This document shows, piece after piece, positions 10,794 to 20,839 of a stretch of 35,576 bases of DNA. How positions within the stretch are numbered: position 1 is the stretch's first letter; each line of letters opens with the position of its first letter. The notes beneath the pieces are model-generated. The model was not told the origin of the DNA, did not search any database, and saw only the letters and a program-made list of their open reading frames with translations. The translations under genes and the position numbers were made by a program. This DNA comes from Pseudomonadota bacterium (GTDB lineage: Bacteria > Bdellovibrionota > Bdellovibrionia > Bdellovibrionales > SG-bin7). The DNA is taken from contig JAWXAY010000082.1 in assembly GCA_034439715.1 (NCBI GenBank), forward strand, positions 1 to 35,576, in the 5' to 3' direction.

Positions 10794-11854
10794 GTATCAC
10801 CATCCTTGCGAAGAGCCAAGCCCATGGCGACTCCACAATAGGGTTTAATCTGTTCAATATAATCGGTAGAAAATCGGCCAGTGTTATACTTTACCTTTAG
10901 AAATGGATTAAAATTGTCATGAGTGACACCTGTGTTTTTTGCTACCTGCTCGATGAGACCTGGCATTCTTGACGTCCCACCAGTAAAAAAGAGCTGAGAA
11001 ATACTCGCACCGACCGCTGTCTGTCTAAAAAATTCAAAACTATTCTGTATTTCTTCGCCAAATGCTTCGACGGAAGAATTGAGAGAGTTTATGACCTCCT
11101 GAGGTACATGTTGGGTAGAGGCGGCACTCATTTTTAAACCCTCAGCTTCTTCAAAGTTGACGCCCATGTCTCGCATAACGTCTTGAGTGAAATTACTGCC
11201 GCCAAATGGAATATCGCGACAAAAAACTACTTCGGCATTTTGCACTACAACAAAGTTAGTCAACTGGGCACCCACATCTAAAATGGCTATGGGCTCCTGA
11301 TGCACGCCATAGTTAAAGGTAAAACAATTCGCTAGCGCAAAACTTGATAAGTCAACGACCTCACATTTAAATCCCGCACCAACCACAATATCCAAAAAAA
11401 CATGAACTATGGCTTTTTTTGCGGCTATGAGCAAAACGTCCATGGTTTCTTTATTTCCAGTTTTTCTGAGAATATGGTAATCCAAACTTATTTCTTTCAA
11501 ATCAAAAGGAATGTATTGCTCAGCCTCCCACTTAATTTGGTCGGCAATGAGATTGTTTTCTACTGGTGGCATTGAAATTCTTTTTACAATAACTGCCGAT
11601 CCCCAAATCCCAACAATCATATTAGTTCTGTTAGTTTTAATTTCCTTAGAAAGTGTGGCGATAGCAGTAGAAATGGAAGAGGCGTCGACAATTTCTCCCG
11701 CGACTATTGACTGTGCTGGTGTCTGTGAAAATCCGAAGGAACGTAGTGTGGCAACGTTGCCGCTGACGTCGAGCTCCACCATCTTAAGTGAGTTCGCGCC
11801 AATATCCAGCCCGATTGGTTTTTTTGACTTAAATAAATCCATTAGCATCTTCAT
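10790..11854 (-). CDS. pilM: Type IV pilus assembly protein PilM
   Basis: Actin-like fold motifs IGLDIGANSLK, WEAEQYIPF, ILDVGA, RDIPFGG, TGGTS, AMGLALR. Confidence 0.96.
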   Translation of the reverse strand: MKMLMDLFKSKKPIGLDIGANSLKMVELDVSGNVATLRSFGFSQTPAQSIVAGEIVDASSISTAIATLSKEIKTNRTNMIVGIWGSAVIVKRISMPPVENNLIADQIKWEAEQYIPFDLKEISLDYHILRKTGNKETMDVLLIAAKKAIVHVFLDIVVGAGFKCEVVDLSSFALANCFTFNYGVHQEPIAILDVGAQLTNFVVVQNAEVVFCRDIPFGGSNFTQDVMRDMGVNFEEAEGLKMSAASTQHVPQEVINSLNSSVEAFGEEIQNSFEFFRQTAVGASISQLFFTGGTSRMPGLIEQVAKNTGVTHDNFNPFLKVKYNTGRFSTDYIEQIKPYCGVAMGLALRKDGDT

Positions 11855-11938
11855 GATGCCCTTTCGTTCGCTTCAATGCGTTAACTAGCGAATTCTCTTT
11901 AAAATTAGATCGAACAGGGGAAATTTTGTCAATGAATA

Positions 11939-12745
11939 CTAACTGGGCTCAAGCCAAGGAAAAAACTGCAGGATATATATGTTTCGAAAGTCGCCACTTA
12001 GCAAGAATATAACTGCACCTAGGGCCAAGTACGGACCGAATGGTATTTTGGTTTTTAGCCCGCCTTTGGTCTTAATGGCCAAGGCTAAACCGACTATCGT
12101 ACCCAACAAACTAGACGAAAGAATGACAAAGGGAATGGCCTGCCAGCCCAAGATCGCTCCAATCCATGCGAGCAGCTTAATGTCTCCGCCGCCCATGCCA
12201 TCCTCTTTTTTAAAAACAAAATAAAGATAGGCAATTAACCAAAGAAAACCTCCGCCGAACAGCACTCCCAAAAAAGAATCAAGTAGAGTCCGCTCAATGG
12301 AAAATAAAGAACCCAACAGGCCAATAACTATTCCTGAAAGAGTAAAAACATCAGGCAAGATCATGTGATCAAAATCAATCATCGAAACTGTCAGAAGTCC
12401 GAAAACAAAAATTAGTCCCTCTAAAACATTCCAATTAATCAGATCGAAATTAGAAAAGCGCAAGTAAACCGCCAGAAATAAAACGCCCATCAAAAACTCA
12501 ACCAAGGGATACCGCCAAGAAATATTGCTCTTGCAACTCCGACAAAGTCCTTTAAGAGCAAACCATGAAAATACTGGGATATTATCGTACCATTTAATGA
12601 AAGACTGGCATTGAGGGCACTGACTTCGCGGCGTCGCAATGCTCTTACCTTCGGGAAGTCTTAAGATAACGACATTGGCAAAACTACCCATAATAGATCC
12701 GAAGAAAAAATACCAAAGTCCAAAAAGCCAACCAAAATCATTCAA
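11939..12745 (-). CDS. pilD: Prepilin peptidase (A24)
   Basis: GSFANVVILRLP, two CxxC (CPQC, CRSC), ISWRYPLVE, IDFDHMILPD, GMGGGDIKL, IPFGPYL. Confidence 0.97.
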   Translation of the reverse strand: MNDFGWLFGLWYFFFGSIMGSFANVVILRLPEGKSIATPRSQCPQCQSFIKWYDNIPVFSWFALKGLCRSCKSNISWRYPLVEFLMGVLFLAVYLRFSNFDLINWNVLEGLIFVFGLLTVSMIDFDHMILPDVFTLSGIVIGLLGSLFSIERTLLDSFLGVLFGGGFLWLIAYLYFVFKKEDGMGGGDIKLLAWIGAILGWQAIPFVILSSSLLGTIVGLALAIKTKGGLKTKIPFGPYLALGAVIFLLSGDFRNIYILQFFPWLEPS

Positions 12746-13509
12746 GTAAAGTCACGCTTTCGCAAAATAAGTGCCGTGAGCGTAATACACACTCCCATCC
12801 AGCCCATACCATAAATGACAGACATCAAAAAAGGCTGCAGCGGCACCTTATCTTCAATTAAGGGATAATTGCCCCAGCTAAATTTGGATAGATTAGGCAA
12901 TGAGCGCTGTAAAACATAATTAAATCCGATAAAAAAAGCACTTTCACTTTTTTGTGCAAAAAAATCCAGACTGTCCATTGATCTACCTACAAGAAAAACC
13001 CCAATTGAAAATGCAACTGCTAGCATTGGTTTACTATAAGCACCAAACAAAAGTGTCACTGAAAGCACCACAAGGGATTCACAAAGCACGCCTAAAACAA
13101 CAAACGTACAATCCATATCCCAAGGCTGACCAATTGAAAATAGGATTGCTGTAAGCACAATTGAAAGTCCCAGCAAGACTACAATGTTGACGAATGCAAG
13201 TCCCAAAACTTTGCCTAACAGAAACTGACTGCGGCTGAGCGGCCGAACCAAAAGCGTATACACAGTCCGCTGTTCAATTTCTTTAGTTACAAGGTTTGAG
13301 CCAACGAAAATAGCAATAATAATGGCACTTAAATTCATGGCAGCAAATCCAAAGTCTACGGAAATTCTAGCCTGCTCGGTAAAACTGAGCTGGCCCATTG
13401 CTAAACTAAGTCCTATCAAAATAAGTGCGAATACTAGAAGACCATACAGAATTCGATCTCTGATAATTTCACGAAAAGTATTCTTACCTATTACCCAAAT
13501 AGCATGCAT
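12742..13509 (-). CDS. ABC-2 type permease, PilI-like
   Basis: NTFREIIRDRILY, KEIEQRTVYTLLVRPLSRSQFLLGK, C-terminal KRDF, multiple TMs; lies between the ABC ATPase and pilD. Confidence 0.88.
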   Translation of the reverse strand: MHAIWVIGKNTFREIIRDRILYGLLVFALILIGLSLAMGQLSFTEQARISVDFGFAAMNLSAIIIAIFVGSNLVTKEIEQRTVYTLLVRPLSRSQFLLGKVLGLAFVNIVVLLGLSIVLTAILFSIGQPWDMDCTFVVLGVLCESLVVLSVTLLFGAYSKPMLAVAFSIGVFLVGRSMDSLDFFAQKSESAFFIGFNYVLQRSLPNLSKFSWGNYPLIEDKVPLQPFLMSVIYGMGWMGVCITLTALILRKRDFT

Positions 13510-13512
13510 CCC

Positions 13513-14391
13513 TTATACCACTAACTTTCTGAAGGCGTCCTCAAGACTTAAATGTTCTTTTTTAACATCTAGTATATTGTGACCTGCATTTCGAATCCGA
13601 TCGATTTCATTTTGAAGGGAGGACAGAGATTCTACCAAAATCGAACGAACCTGTTGGGTGCCATCGGCAAAAGAAACGCTCCAACCAAGACTTGCCTGCT
13701 CTAAAAGGCTTTTTGTATTTCCCTCATAGATAATAATTCCCTTTTTTATGATGACTAATCTTTCACAGAGCTTTTCGGCATCTGGCAATAAATGACTAGA
13801 AAAAAAAACGGCAGTTCCCTCTTTGGCAGTCTCACGAATAATGTTCGCCACTTCAATGCGGCCATCGGGATCCAGTCCCGACATGGGCTCGTCAAGAATT
13901 ATAAGCTTGGGCCGATGGATTAGGGCTTGAGCAATTCCAACTCTTTGAAGCATGCCCTTAGAATAGTCCTTGAGCTGTCGGTCCCGCGCGTGCTCAAGAC
14001 CAACGCGAGTCAACAGTTGATCAATACGTTCATTTATTTCTCTTTTAGATTTAAATGCGTTTGATAACTCCGCATAAAAAAACAAGAACTCAGCCCCTGT
14101 CAAATAGGAGTAAAAATAGGGTCGCTCAGGTAAAAAGCCAATTTTCTCTAAAATTTCATTTGTTAGTTTTGACTGCCCGAAGTATTTGACTTCCCCGGAG
14201 TCAGCAAAAATAAGATTAAGGATACACTTAATAGTTGTGGTTTTTCCACAGCCGTTGGGCCCCAAAAAACCCGTAATCGTGCCGGCAGAAATACTAAAGT
14301 TAACATTTTGCAGAATCGTGATTTTTTTTGGTATAAACCCCGATGAAAAACTCTTCGTTAACCCCTTTACCTCAAGTACAGGCTGTGCCAA
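13513..14391 (-). CDS. ABC transporter ATP-binding protein, PilH-like
   Basis: Walker A GPNGCGKTT, signature YSKGMLQR, ILDEPMSGLDP, SSH; GGAGG SD before TTG. Confidence 0.92.
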   Translation of the reverse strand: MAQPVLEVKGLTKSFSSGFIPKKITILQNVNFSISAGTITGFLGPNGCGKTTTIKCILNLIFADSGEVKYFGQSKLTNEILEKIGFLPERPYFYSYLTGAEFLFFYAELSNAFKSKREINERIDQLLTRVGLEHARDRQLKDYSKGMLQRVGIAQALIHRPKLIILDEPMSGLDPDGRIEVANIIRETAKEGTAVFFSSHLLPDAEKLCERLVIIKKGIIIYEGNTKSLLEQASLGWSVSFADGTQQVRSILVESLSSLQNEIDRIRNAGHNILDVKKEHLSLEDAFRKLVV

Positions 14392-14431
14392 GCTAAATGC
14401 CTCCGTATTAATAATAAATGCTAATTCTGAA

Positions 14432-17400
14432 TTATGTCAAAATCAACTTCGGGAGCGAAGATACTTCGATCTTATTGGCACGGTAACGCCGAAGTGCATA
14501 CAAAAACGCCAGGGCTGTATCCGCCTCAGTAATACAAGGAATTGAGCCCTCAATACAACTGCGTCGAATACTAAAACTAGCCTCAACAGATTGCCGCCCT
14601 TGGGCGGTATTAATTACCAGAGAAACCAAACCTGATTTAATGCGATCCACACAGTGAGGCCGGCCTTCTAAAACTTTTTTGACATTGGTGACAGGTAGCC
14701 CCTTTTGCGACAGGTATTCAGCCGTACCACCCGTGGCCGAAAGAGAATAACCAAGACCAATTAATTCAAGGGCCATTGGAAACAAAACTTCTTTGTCTTT
14801 ATTTCGCAAAGACAAGAAAATTTCTCCCGCAAGTGGAGGTACTACGTCGCTTGAAAGACAAGCCTTCAATAGAGCCTCTGAATAGTCCGCACCTCGCCCC
14901 ATGCTTTCGCCGGTGGATTTCATCTCAGGTCCCAGTATAGAGTCAGAGTTAGTAATTTTTTTGAACGGGAAAACTACGCCCTTAACCGAAACGGTTGAAA
15001 TATTTTGCCATTTATATCGCTCGAGATTAAGTTCGCTCTTCTTTTTGCCTAAGATGGCCAAGACCCCTAAATCAATCATAGGTATCCCAGTCGCTTTTGC
15101 AATAAAGGGAACAGTGCGAGAACTTCTGGGGTTCGCTTCGAGTAAATAGACGTCGTCATTCTTAATAGCGAGCTGAAGATTGAGAAGTCCCACCACTTTT
15201 ATGCGTTCACTCAATTTTTCGGCCATTTGCTCGATGCGAACACATGTCTGAGGTTTTAACCGTTGCGGGGGAATCACACCCATGCTGTCGCCACTGTGAA
15301 CACCGGCCGCCTCAATATGTTCAATGATGCCTCCGATTACGCTCCAGTCGATGCCTCTCACCAAGTCAACATCGACCTCGAGAGCGTTCTCTAAAAATCT
15401 GTCCATGAGACAGGGCCTTTGACTATTAATGTGGTCCCCGTGCCGACTAAAATAATCAGATAGTTCAATTTCGTCTTGAACAATCTCCATGCGTCGCCCA
15501 CCAAGTACATAACTCGGTCGACATATCACGGGATAACCAATGCGACCGCTAATTTTTTTGGCTTCCTCTAAATTTCCTGCCATGCCGGATTCGGGAATTT
15601 TAAAATCGAGTTCTAGGCAAATTTTAGCAAAGCGAGATCTGTCTTCAGCCAAATCAATGGCATCTAGCGAAGAGCCCAAAAGCTCATAGCCACTTTCAGA
15701 AAGCGGCCGAGCTAAATTTATAGGAGTCTGCCCCCCTAACTGAGCGACAAAACCCTTGGGTCCCACAAAACGCATGACCTCGCGCACATGCTCCGCCACT
15801 AGCGGCTCAAAAAATAATTCATCTGAGGTATCGTAATCTGTTGAAACAGTTTCAGGGTTTGAATTAATCATCACAACCTTGTGTCCCTGTTTTCTAAACT
15901 GCCCTACCGCTCGTACGCAACCGTAATCAAATTCGATGCCCTGGCCAATGCGATTAGGTCCACTACCCAAAATTACCACAATATTGTTGTCCGGTGACCT
16001 TAAATTCCTCTCACTCCAATAGGTGGAGTAAAAATAGGGAGTTTGGGATTTAAATTCGCCGGCGCAAGTATCAACTCTAAGATAGGCAGGCAGAATATTG
16101 AGCTTCTCGCGTAACTTCAAAACATCCATTTCGCTGCAATTTCGAAAGGTAGAAATTGTCTTATCGGCAAACCCTAAACGTTTTGCTTTGAGCAAAATAT
16201 CTAAATTCAGCAGCTTGGTTTCGCTAAGTGTTTTTTCAAAATCTACAACTTCTTTAATCTGCTCTAAGAACCACGGATCTATGTGGGTTATTTTATTAAT
16301 CTCAGCTACAGACTTATTGGCTCTGAAGGCGCTCGCAAGAGAAAAAAGTCGACGACTATTTGGATAAGCAACGAGCTCTTCGGCATACGGGAGGTTTCCG
16401 AAACCAGCCTCTTTATTTTCAAGTGAGGCTAGGGCCTTTCCCAAAGACTCTTTGAAGGTACGACCAATCCCCATGACTTCTCCCACGCTTTTCATTTGGG
16501 TGGTGAGAATATCTGGCGAGCCTGGGAATTTTTCAAATGCAAATCGGGGAATCTTAGTAACCACGTAATCTAAGGCCGGTTCATAGCAGCAAGGGGTAGT
16601 ACCCGTGATATCGTTTTTAATTTCATCAAGACGATAGCCAACAGCCAACAGCGCCGCTATTTTTGCGATCGGAAAGCCCGTGGCCTTACTGGCTAGCGCC
16701 GAGGAGCGACTTACCCTAGGATTGACCTCTATAACCACGCGCTCACCAGTTTCTGGATTTACAGCGAACTGAATATTGGCCCCGCCAGTTTCCACTCCCA
16801 CAGCCTCAATGACTTTTTTAGCTTCATCCCGCATGTCTTGATAGGCGCGATCGGATAATGTTTGCTGCGGTGCCACTGTTACGCTGTCGCCTGTGTGCAC
16901 ACCACAGGGGTCTAAATTTTCGATACTACAAATGACAACAAATGTCCCTACTCGGTCTCGCATAACCTCTAGCTCAAATTCCTTCCAGCCCAAAAGACTT
17001 TGCTCCACCAAAACCTCTGAAGTCGGACTTTCATTAAGCGCATAGGCTAATAATTTTTGATACTCATCGAGCGAATAGGCAATGCCCCCACCGCCGCCAC
17101 CCAGAGTGTAATTGGGTCGTAATATTAAGGGAAAGCACAGTACGTCCGCAGCCTTGATGCCCTCTTCAAAATTTCTGACAAAGGCACTCTTGGCATACCT
17201 GGCACCAACAGAATCGAGGACCTTTTGAAACTGCGAACGATCTTCAGCACGACGGATAACTTCAGGGTTGGCACCCAACATTTTTACTTTGTACTTTTCT
17301 AGTATCCCCTTAGAGTCGAGCGCCAGAGCTAAATTGAGCGCCGTCTGTCCGCCTAAAGTTGGAATTAAGGCATCGGGACGCTCTTTTTCTAGAATTTTTT

Positions 17401-17620
17401 CGAGATACTCAACCTTTAAAGGTTCAATGTATACGCGCGTGGCAATTTCGGGATCGGTCATAATGGTTGCGGGATTTGAGTTGACGAGAATTACTTCGAA
17501 ACCCTTGGCCATGAGGGCCTTACAAGCTTGCGTTCCCGAGTAATCAAACTCACACGCCTGGCCAATAACAATCGGGCCACTTCCAATAATCAGTACCCGC
17601 TTTAAGTTAGTTGGCCCCAT
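14432..17620 (-). CDS. carB: Carbamoyl-phosphate synthase large subunit
   Basis: [47 protein letters not shown], second half [16 protein letters not shown]-terminal MGS domain. Confidence 0.99.
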   Translation of the reverse strand: MGPTNLKRVLIIGSGPIVIGQACEFDYSGTQACKALMAKGFEVILVNSNPATIMTDPEIATRVYIEPLKVEYLEKILEKERPDALIPTLGGQTALNLALALDSKGILEKYKVKMLGANPEVIRRAEDRSQFQKVLDSVGARYAKSAFVRNFEEGIKAADVLCFPLILRPNYTLGGGGGGIAYSLDEYQKLLAYALNESPTSEVLVEQSLLGWKEFELEVMRDRVGTFVVICSIENLDPCGVHTGDSVTVAPQQTLSDRAYQDMRDEAKKVIEAVGVETGGANIQFAVNPETGERVVIEVNPRVSRSSALASKATGFPIAKIAALLAVGYRLDEIKNDITGTTPCCYEPALDYVVTKIPRFAFEKFPGSPDILTTQMKSVGEVMGIGRTFKESLGKALASLENKEAGFGNLPYAEELVAYPNSRRLFSLASAFRANKSVAEINKITHIDPWFLEQIKEVVDFEKTLSETKLLNLDILLKAKRLGFADKTISTFRNCSEMDVLKLREKLNILPAYLRVDTCAGEFKSQTPYFYSTYWSERNLRSPDNNIVVILGSGPNRIGQGIEFDYGCVRAVGQFRKQGHKVVMINSNPETVSTDYDTSDELFFEPLVAEHVREVMRFVGPKGFVAQLGGQTPINLARPLSESGYELLGSSLDAIDLAEDRSRFAKICLELDFKIPESGMAGNLEEAKKISGRIGYPVICRPSYVLGGRRMEIVQDEIELSDYFSRHGDHINSQRPCLMDRFLENALEVDVDLVRGIDWSVIGGIIEHIEAAGVHSGDSMGVIPPQRLKPQTCVRIEQMAEKLSERIKVVGLLNLQLAIKNDDVYLLEANPRSSRTVPFIAKATGIPMIDLGVLAILGKKKSELNLERYKWQNISTVSVKGVVFPFKKITNSDSILGPEMKSTGESMGRGADYSEALLKACLSSDVVPPLAGEIFLSLRNKDKEVLFPMALELIGLGYSLSATGGTAEYLSQKGLPVTNVKKVLEGRPHCVDRIKSGLVSLVINTAQGRQSVEASFSIRRSCIEGSIPCITEADTALAFLYALRRYRANKIEVSSLPKLILT

Positions 17621-17632
17621 TTCATACTCTTT

Positions 17633-18274
17633 CTAAATTTTTAATTTGGAATCGTCGGTATAAATGTCACTCACATTCACATGCTTGTATTGTTGAAAGA
17701 GGTATCGCATTTTTAAAAGTTTTAACATCATGTCCTCTTTTTCCTGAGGCGTCGATTTTTTAACTCGCTTAATCTCGCGCAGAATATATTTTCGAGCCCG
17801 GGGCGGATGAAAGCAAAACCCTTTAGTAAAAGTGTAAGAGTCTTCTAGGGGAACAATTCTCGCATCAAAAATCTCATCTGTACTGAATCCCACCAAGATT
17901 GGTGATTTCTTAATGATTATTTTTTTGCCCTCGATGATGTCTTTGATATAGACATCATCGCCCTTTATCTTGAGAAAATCGAATAAGCTGTGATGAACTT
18001 TACTCAGTCTCTCTAAAGTTGAAGGTTCAACATTTATCCCCAAAACTTCAGTTTTAGATTTAACCATTTGAAGAGGTGTTATACCTTGTCCCATGTTACG
18101 CGTAAAAACATACCAATCTAAAAACTGAGACATCCTTAGATCAAAATCTGAAGAAAGTTCATCTACGACACCTGAACGCTCGAAAAACTCGGCCTTCGCG
18201 AGCCTAACCTCTTCGCTGAAGTTATCCCCCGTAAAATGTTGTACTATTTTTTCTATACATTCATCTTGATTCAT
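17633..18274 (-). CDS. Hypothetical protein between carA and carB (213 aa)
   Basis: Fills the gap exactly: ATGA overlap with the carA stop and 12 nt before carB. No family recognised. Confidence 0.85.
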   Translation of the reverse strand: MNQDECIEKIVQHFTGDNFSEEVRLAKAEFFERSGVVDELSSDFDLRMSQFLDWYVFTRNMGQGITPLQMVKSKTEVLGINVEPSTLERLSKVHHSLFDFLKIKGDDVYIKDIIEGKKIIIKKSPILVGFSTDEIFDARIVPLEDSYTFTKGFCFHPPRARKYILREIKRVKKSTPQEKEDMMLKLLKMRYLFQQYKHVNVSDIYTDDSKLKI

Positions 18275-19338
18275 TTAACCCACTCTACAAAATGGTCAAA
18301 AATTTCGCGCGCGTCATTTGGGCCAGGGCAACTTTCTGGGTGGAACTGCACACTCTGGCATTTCTTTGAGGGGCATTCCAAACCTTCATTAGTTTTGTCG
18401 TTCAAATTAATATGCGTGGGAGAAATACCTGATGTCAATTGGCCTAAGTCAACGGCGTACCCATGATTTTGACTTGTGACGTAAACACGACCGCTTCTTA
18501 AATCCTGAACAGGGTGATTGCCCCCCCTGTGGCCAAATTTAAGCTTAAAGGTGCTAAGTCCGAGGGCACGCGCCAGTATCTGATGGCCCATGCAAATTCC
18601 AAAAACTGGTCTCCAACCCAAAAGTTCTTTGATAGTCTCGGTTGCCTGTTTAACTTCAAGGGGATCACCGGGACCATTAGTCAGAAAAAGTGCAGTTGGT
18701 TCCCACTTTTGAATTTGTAGTGCGGTTGCTCGGCTGGGAAATATCGCAACCTCTCGACTTCGTTTTCGTAACTCGCGAATAATATTTTCTTTGGTTCCAA
18801 AATCCAATATAGCCACGCGGGGTCCATTCGACTTTTCACCTTGCAGTATTTCGATTTCCTTGCGGCTGACAGCGTAAACCCAATCCCTATCTTTTTTTTG
18901 TCCCGCCTCTATAAGGCTTGCCGATATTTTAATCGCCTCTTGGGGGTCAGCAGCAGCGACAAGCGCACCCCAAGGCGTGCCTTTGTCTCGAAGCCTCAAT
19001 ACGAGACCGCGAGTATCGATCTCGGTCAAAACAGGAATGTCACTTGTGGTTAGTCTTTTTAACCACGAACTTTCACGCTCAGAATTCTGAATTTCTAAAC
19101 AAATAAAACCCTCAATAGAGAGCATTGGAGATTCATGAAATTCTTTGTGGGCACCATAATTCCCCTGCATGGGAGAAGTTAACACTAATATTTGTGAATA
19201 GTATGAAGGATCGGTGGCCATTTCTTCATAGCCGAAATGAGAGGTATTAAAGACCACTTCACCGGCGCGGTTTTTCCCTCCCTCCCATTTACCAGAGTAA
19301 ACCTCACCGCTGTCTAAAACCAAAAAACCCTTTTTCAT
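18271..19338 (-). CDS. carA: Carbamoyl-phosphate synthase small subunit
   Basis: GEVVFNTS, TDPSY..QI, NGPGDP, GICMGHQ (catalytic Cys), SQNHGYAV, VQFHPE. Confidence 0.98.
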   Translation of the reverse strand: MKKGFLVLDSGEVYSGKWEGGKNRAGEVVFNTSHFGYEEMATDPSYYSQILVLTSPMQGNYGAHKEFHESPMLSIEGFICLEIQNSERESSWLKRLTTSDIPVLTEIDTRGLVLRLRDKGTPWGALVAAADPQEAIKISASLIEAGQKKDRDWVYAVSRKEIEILQGEKSNGPRVAILDFGTKENIIRELRKRSREVAIFPSRATALQIQKWEPTALFLTNGPGDPLEVKQATETIKELLGWRPVFGICMGHQILARALGLSTFKLKFGHRGGNHPVQDLRSGRVYVTSQNHGYAVDLGQLTSGISPTHINLNDKTNEGLECPSKKCQSVQFHPESCPGPNDAREIFDHFVEWVK

Positions 19339-20273
19339 ATTTTGATTCCTAAGATTTCAGCAAGTATTGCCGTTCTCATAAAAACTCCATTTTCAACCTG
19401 TTCTAACACTCGGCACCTTTTGTCGTCCCTTATTTCGTACGTCAATTCCCAGCCAAAGTTTATGGGCCCAGGTGACATCAAAAGACCATTTAATAAACCT
19501 ATATTCTTACCGTTAATTCCAAAATGACTGTGATATACCTCTTGGCTTCTCCAGCGAGTGGTAGCGCGATCTGCATGACGCTCCCACTGTATTCTTAACG
19601 GCATGCACAGAGAGCACCATTTCAAACCTTCTTCAAGAGAAAATACTCGTCCTTTTTTTTTCAACTCCGGAGTCATCCATTCCTCAGGTCCAGAAAAGCC
19701 TAGCTCAATGCCAAACTTTGAAAGCAGTTCGATATGGGAAGCTGCCACGCGGCTATGTCCCACATCTCCCACTAATAAGACTTTTTGTTTTTCAAGATTT
19801 TTTTCTTCTAACCAGAGAGTAAATAAATCACCCAAGGCTTGAGTGGGATGACCCTTGCTGCCCCCACCGCCACTTATAACCGGTACTTTTAATTTTTCAG
19901 AGATTTTTTCTAAGGCTTTATCTAGAGTGGTGCTTTCATTGTATCTTACGACAAGGATGTCTGGTCCCATGGCGACAACATTTTGAATTGTGTCTTCTTC
20001 GCTTTCGCCCTTAACCAAACTCGTCGAAGCGTCGAAAAACTGACTATAAACATTTAACCCTAGATTAAAGCTCGCAAACTGAAAACTACCTCTAGTTCTG
20101 GTGCTGGGTTCAAAAAAAACTAGGGCAACCGTTTTATGGCTGTTGTCGAGCTTAAGGTTCCCCGCTTTTTTTTGTGTTTTAAACTCTTTGGCACACTCAA
20201 ATAATTTTAATATTTGCGATTTGCTGGGTGTAGCGAGAGATAGGAGTGATTGATCTTTGAGACCTGAAGGCAT
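19335..20273 (-). CDS. pyrB: Aspartate carbamoyltransferase catalytic subunit
   Basis: FFEPSTRT, KGES, HPTQALGD, VGDVGHSRVA, LRIQWER, QVENGVFMR. Confidence 0.95.
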   Translation of the reverse strand: MPSGLKDQSLLSLATPSKSQILKLFECAKEFKTQKKAGNLKLDNSHKTVALVFFEPSTRTRGSFQFASFNLGLNVYSQFFDASTSLVKGESEEDTIQNVVAMGPDILVVRYNESTTLDKALEKISEKLKVPVISGGGGSKGHPTQALGDLFTLWLEEKNLEKQKVLLVGDVGHSRVAASHIELLSKFGIELGFSGPEEWMTPELKKKGRVFSLEEGLKWCSLCMPLRIQWERHADRATTRWRSQEVYHSHFGINGKNIGLLNGLLMSPGPINFGWELTYEIRDDKRCRVLEQVENGVFMRTAILAEILGIKI

Positions 20274-20281
20274 TAAAGAAA

Positions 20282-20311
20282 AATATAAACACGGTGTAAA
20301 ATAGTTGTCAA
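20282..20311 (-). promoter_or_regulatory. Putative sigma70 promoter directly before the pyrB ATG
   Basis: TTGACA(20311-20306)-N18-TATATT(20287-20282), then 8 nt (TTTCTTTA) to the ATG; no SD. Confidence 0.55.
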
Positions 20312-20835
20312 TTAACGGTCTTAAAAAGTCGCTTCCAATTTATAGATCCATCGGATTTTGTATCACCTTTTGAATTTATGCTAAACCAAATCATCCAGAT
20401 CTTTCCTCGCAATTGCCTAGTGGGTACAAGCCCCTCTCCCTGCGCAGCGTTATTCACAAGGCTAAAGTTATCTGTTTTTGCAAAAAAATAGCCAGGGGGG
20501 ACAATGAGCGGCTCAGAATTCTCGATCTCTACCTTGTCTCCTTCGACTGCCATCACTCTTCGCGCCAACAGGACTCCTGGCTCACCAGGGAGTTCAAAAA
20601 TGACCAATTCATTTTTCTCTGGACTGCGAGCTGCCCAGCGCTTTTCCGGCTTAAAAGGGTTTGGCAAGCCAAAGGCAAGACTATAAGACCAGATAAAGTC
20701 TCCCTCCTGTAATGTTGGCGACATCTCGCCATCCTCTATGCGAGAGGGATAAATAATAAACTGCCTAATCATCAAGGAAATGACGATCACCAAGATAAGG
20801 CTTTCGATGTTATCTCTGAGGCGAGACTTTTTCAT
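20308..20835 (-). CDS. Signal peptidase I-like (S26) paralog with degenerate active site
   Basis: N-terminal TM then EMSPTLQEGD, VIFELP, RRVMAVEGDKVEI, VPPGYFF..DN, GLVP...LRGK..IWFS. S26 layout without the Ser/Lys dyad. Confidence 0.85.
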   Translation of the reverse strand: MKKSRLRDNIESLILVIVISLMIRQFIIYPSRIEDGEMSPTLQEGDFIWSYSLAFGLPNPFKPEKRWAARSPEKNELVIFELPGEPGVLLARRVMAVEGDKVEIENSEPLIVPPGYFFAKTDNFSLVNNAAQGEGLVPTRQLRGKIWMIWFSINSKGDTKSDGSINWKRLFKTVN

Positions 20836-20839
20836 AATT

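Noticed and set aside
11902..11932. TTGACA upstream of pilM as a sigma70 promoter
   Set aside because: No convincing -10 at 16-18 nt spacing (TAATTT only at 19), so it was not called.
17086..17103. Six-glycine run in CarB as a possible slippage tract
   Set aside because: It is the conserved LGG(T)GGG ATP-grasp loop with one substitution, encoded by mixed codons, and the frame is intact.
19455..19480. PyrB SPGP in place of the usual HPGP motif as a sign of inactivation
   Set aside because: STRT, HPTQ, SRVA and RIQ.ER are intact; one substitution is not enough evidence.
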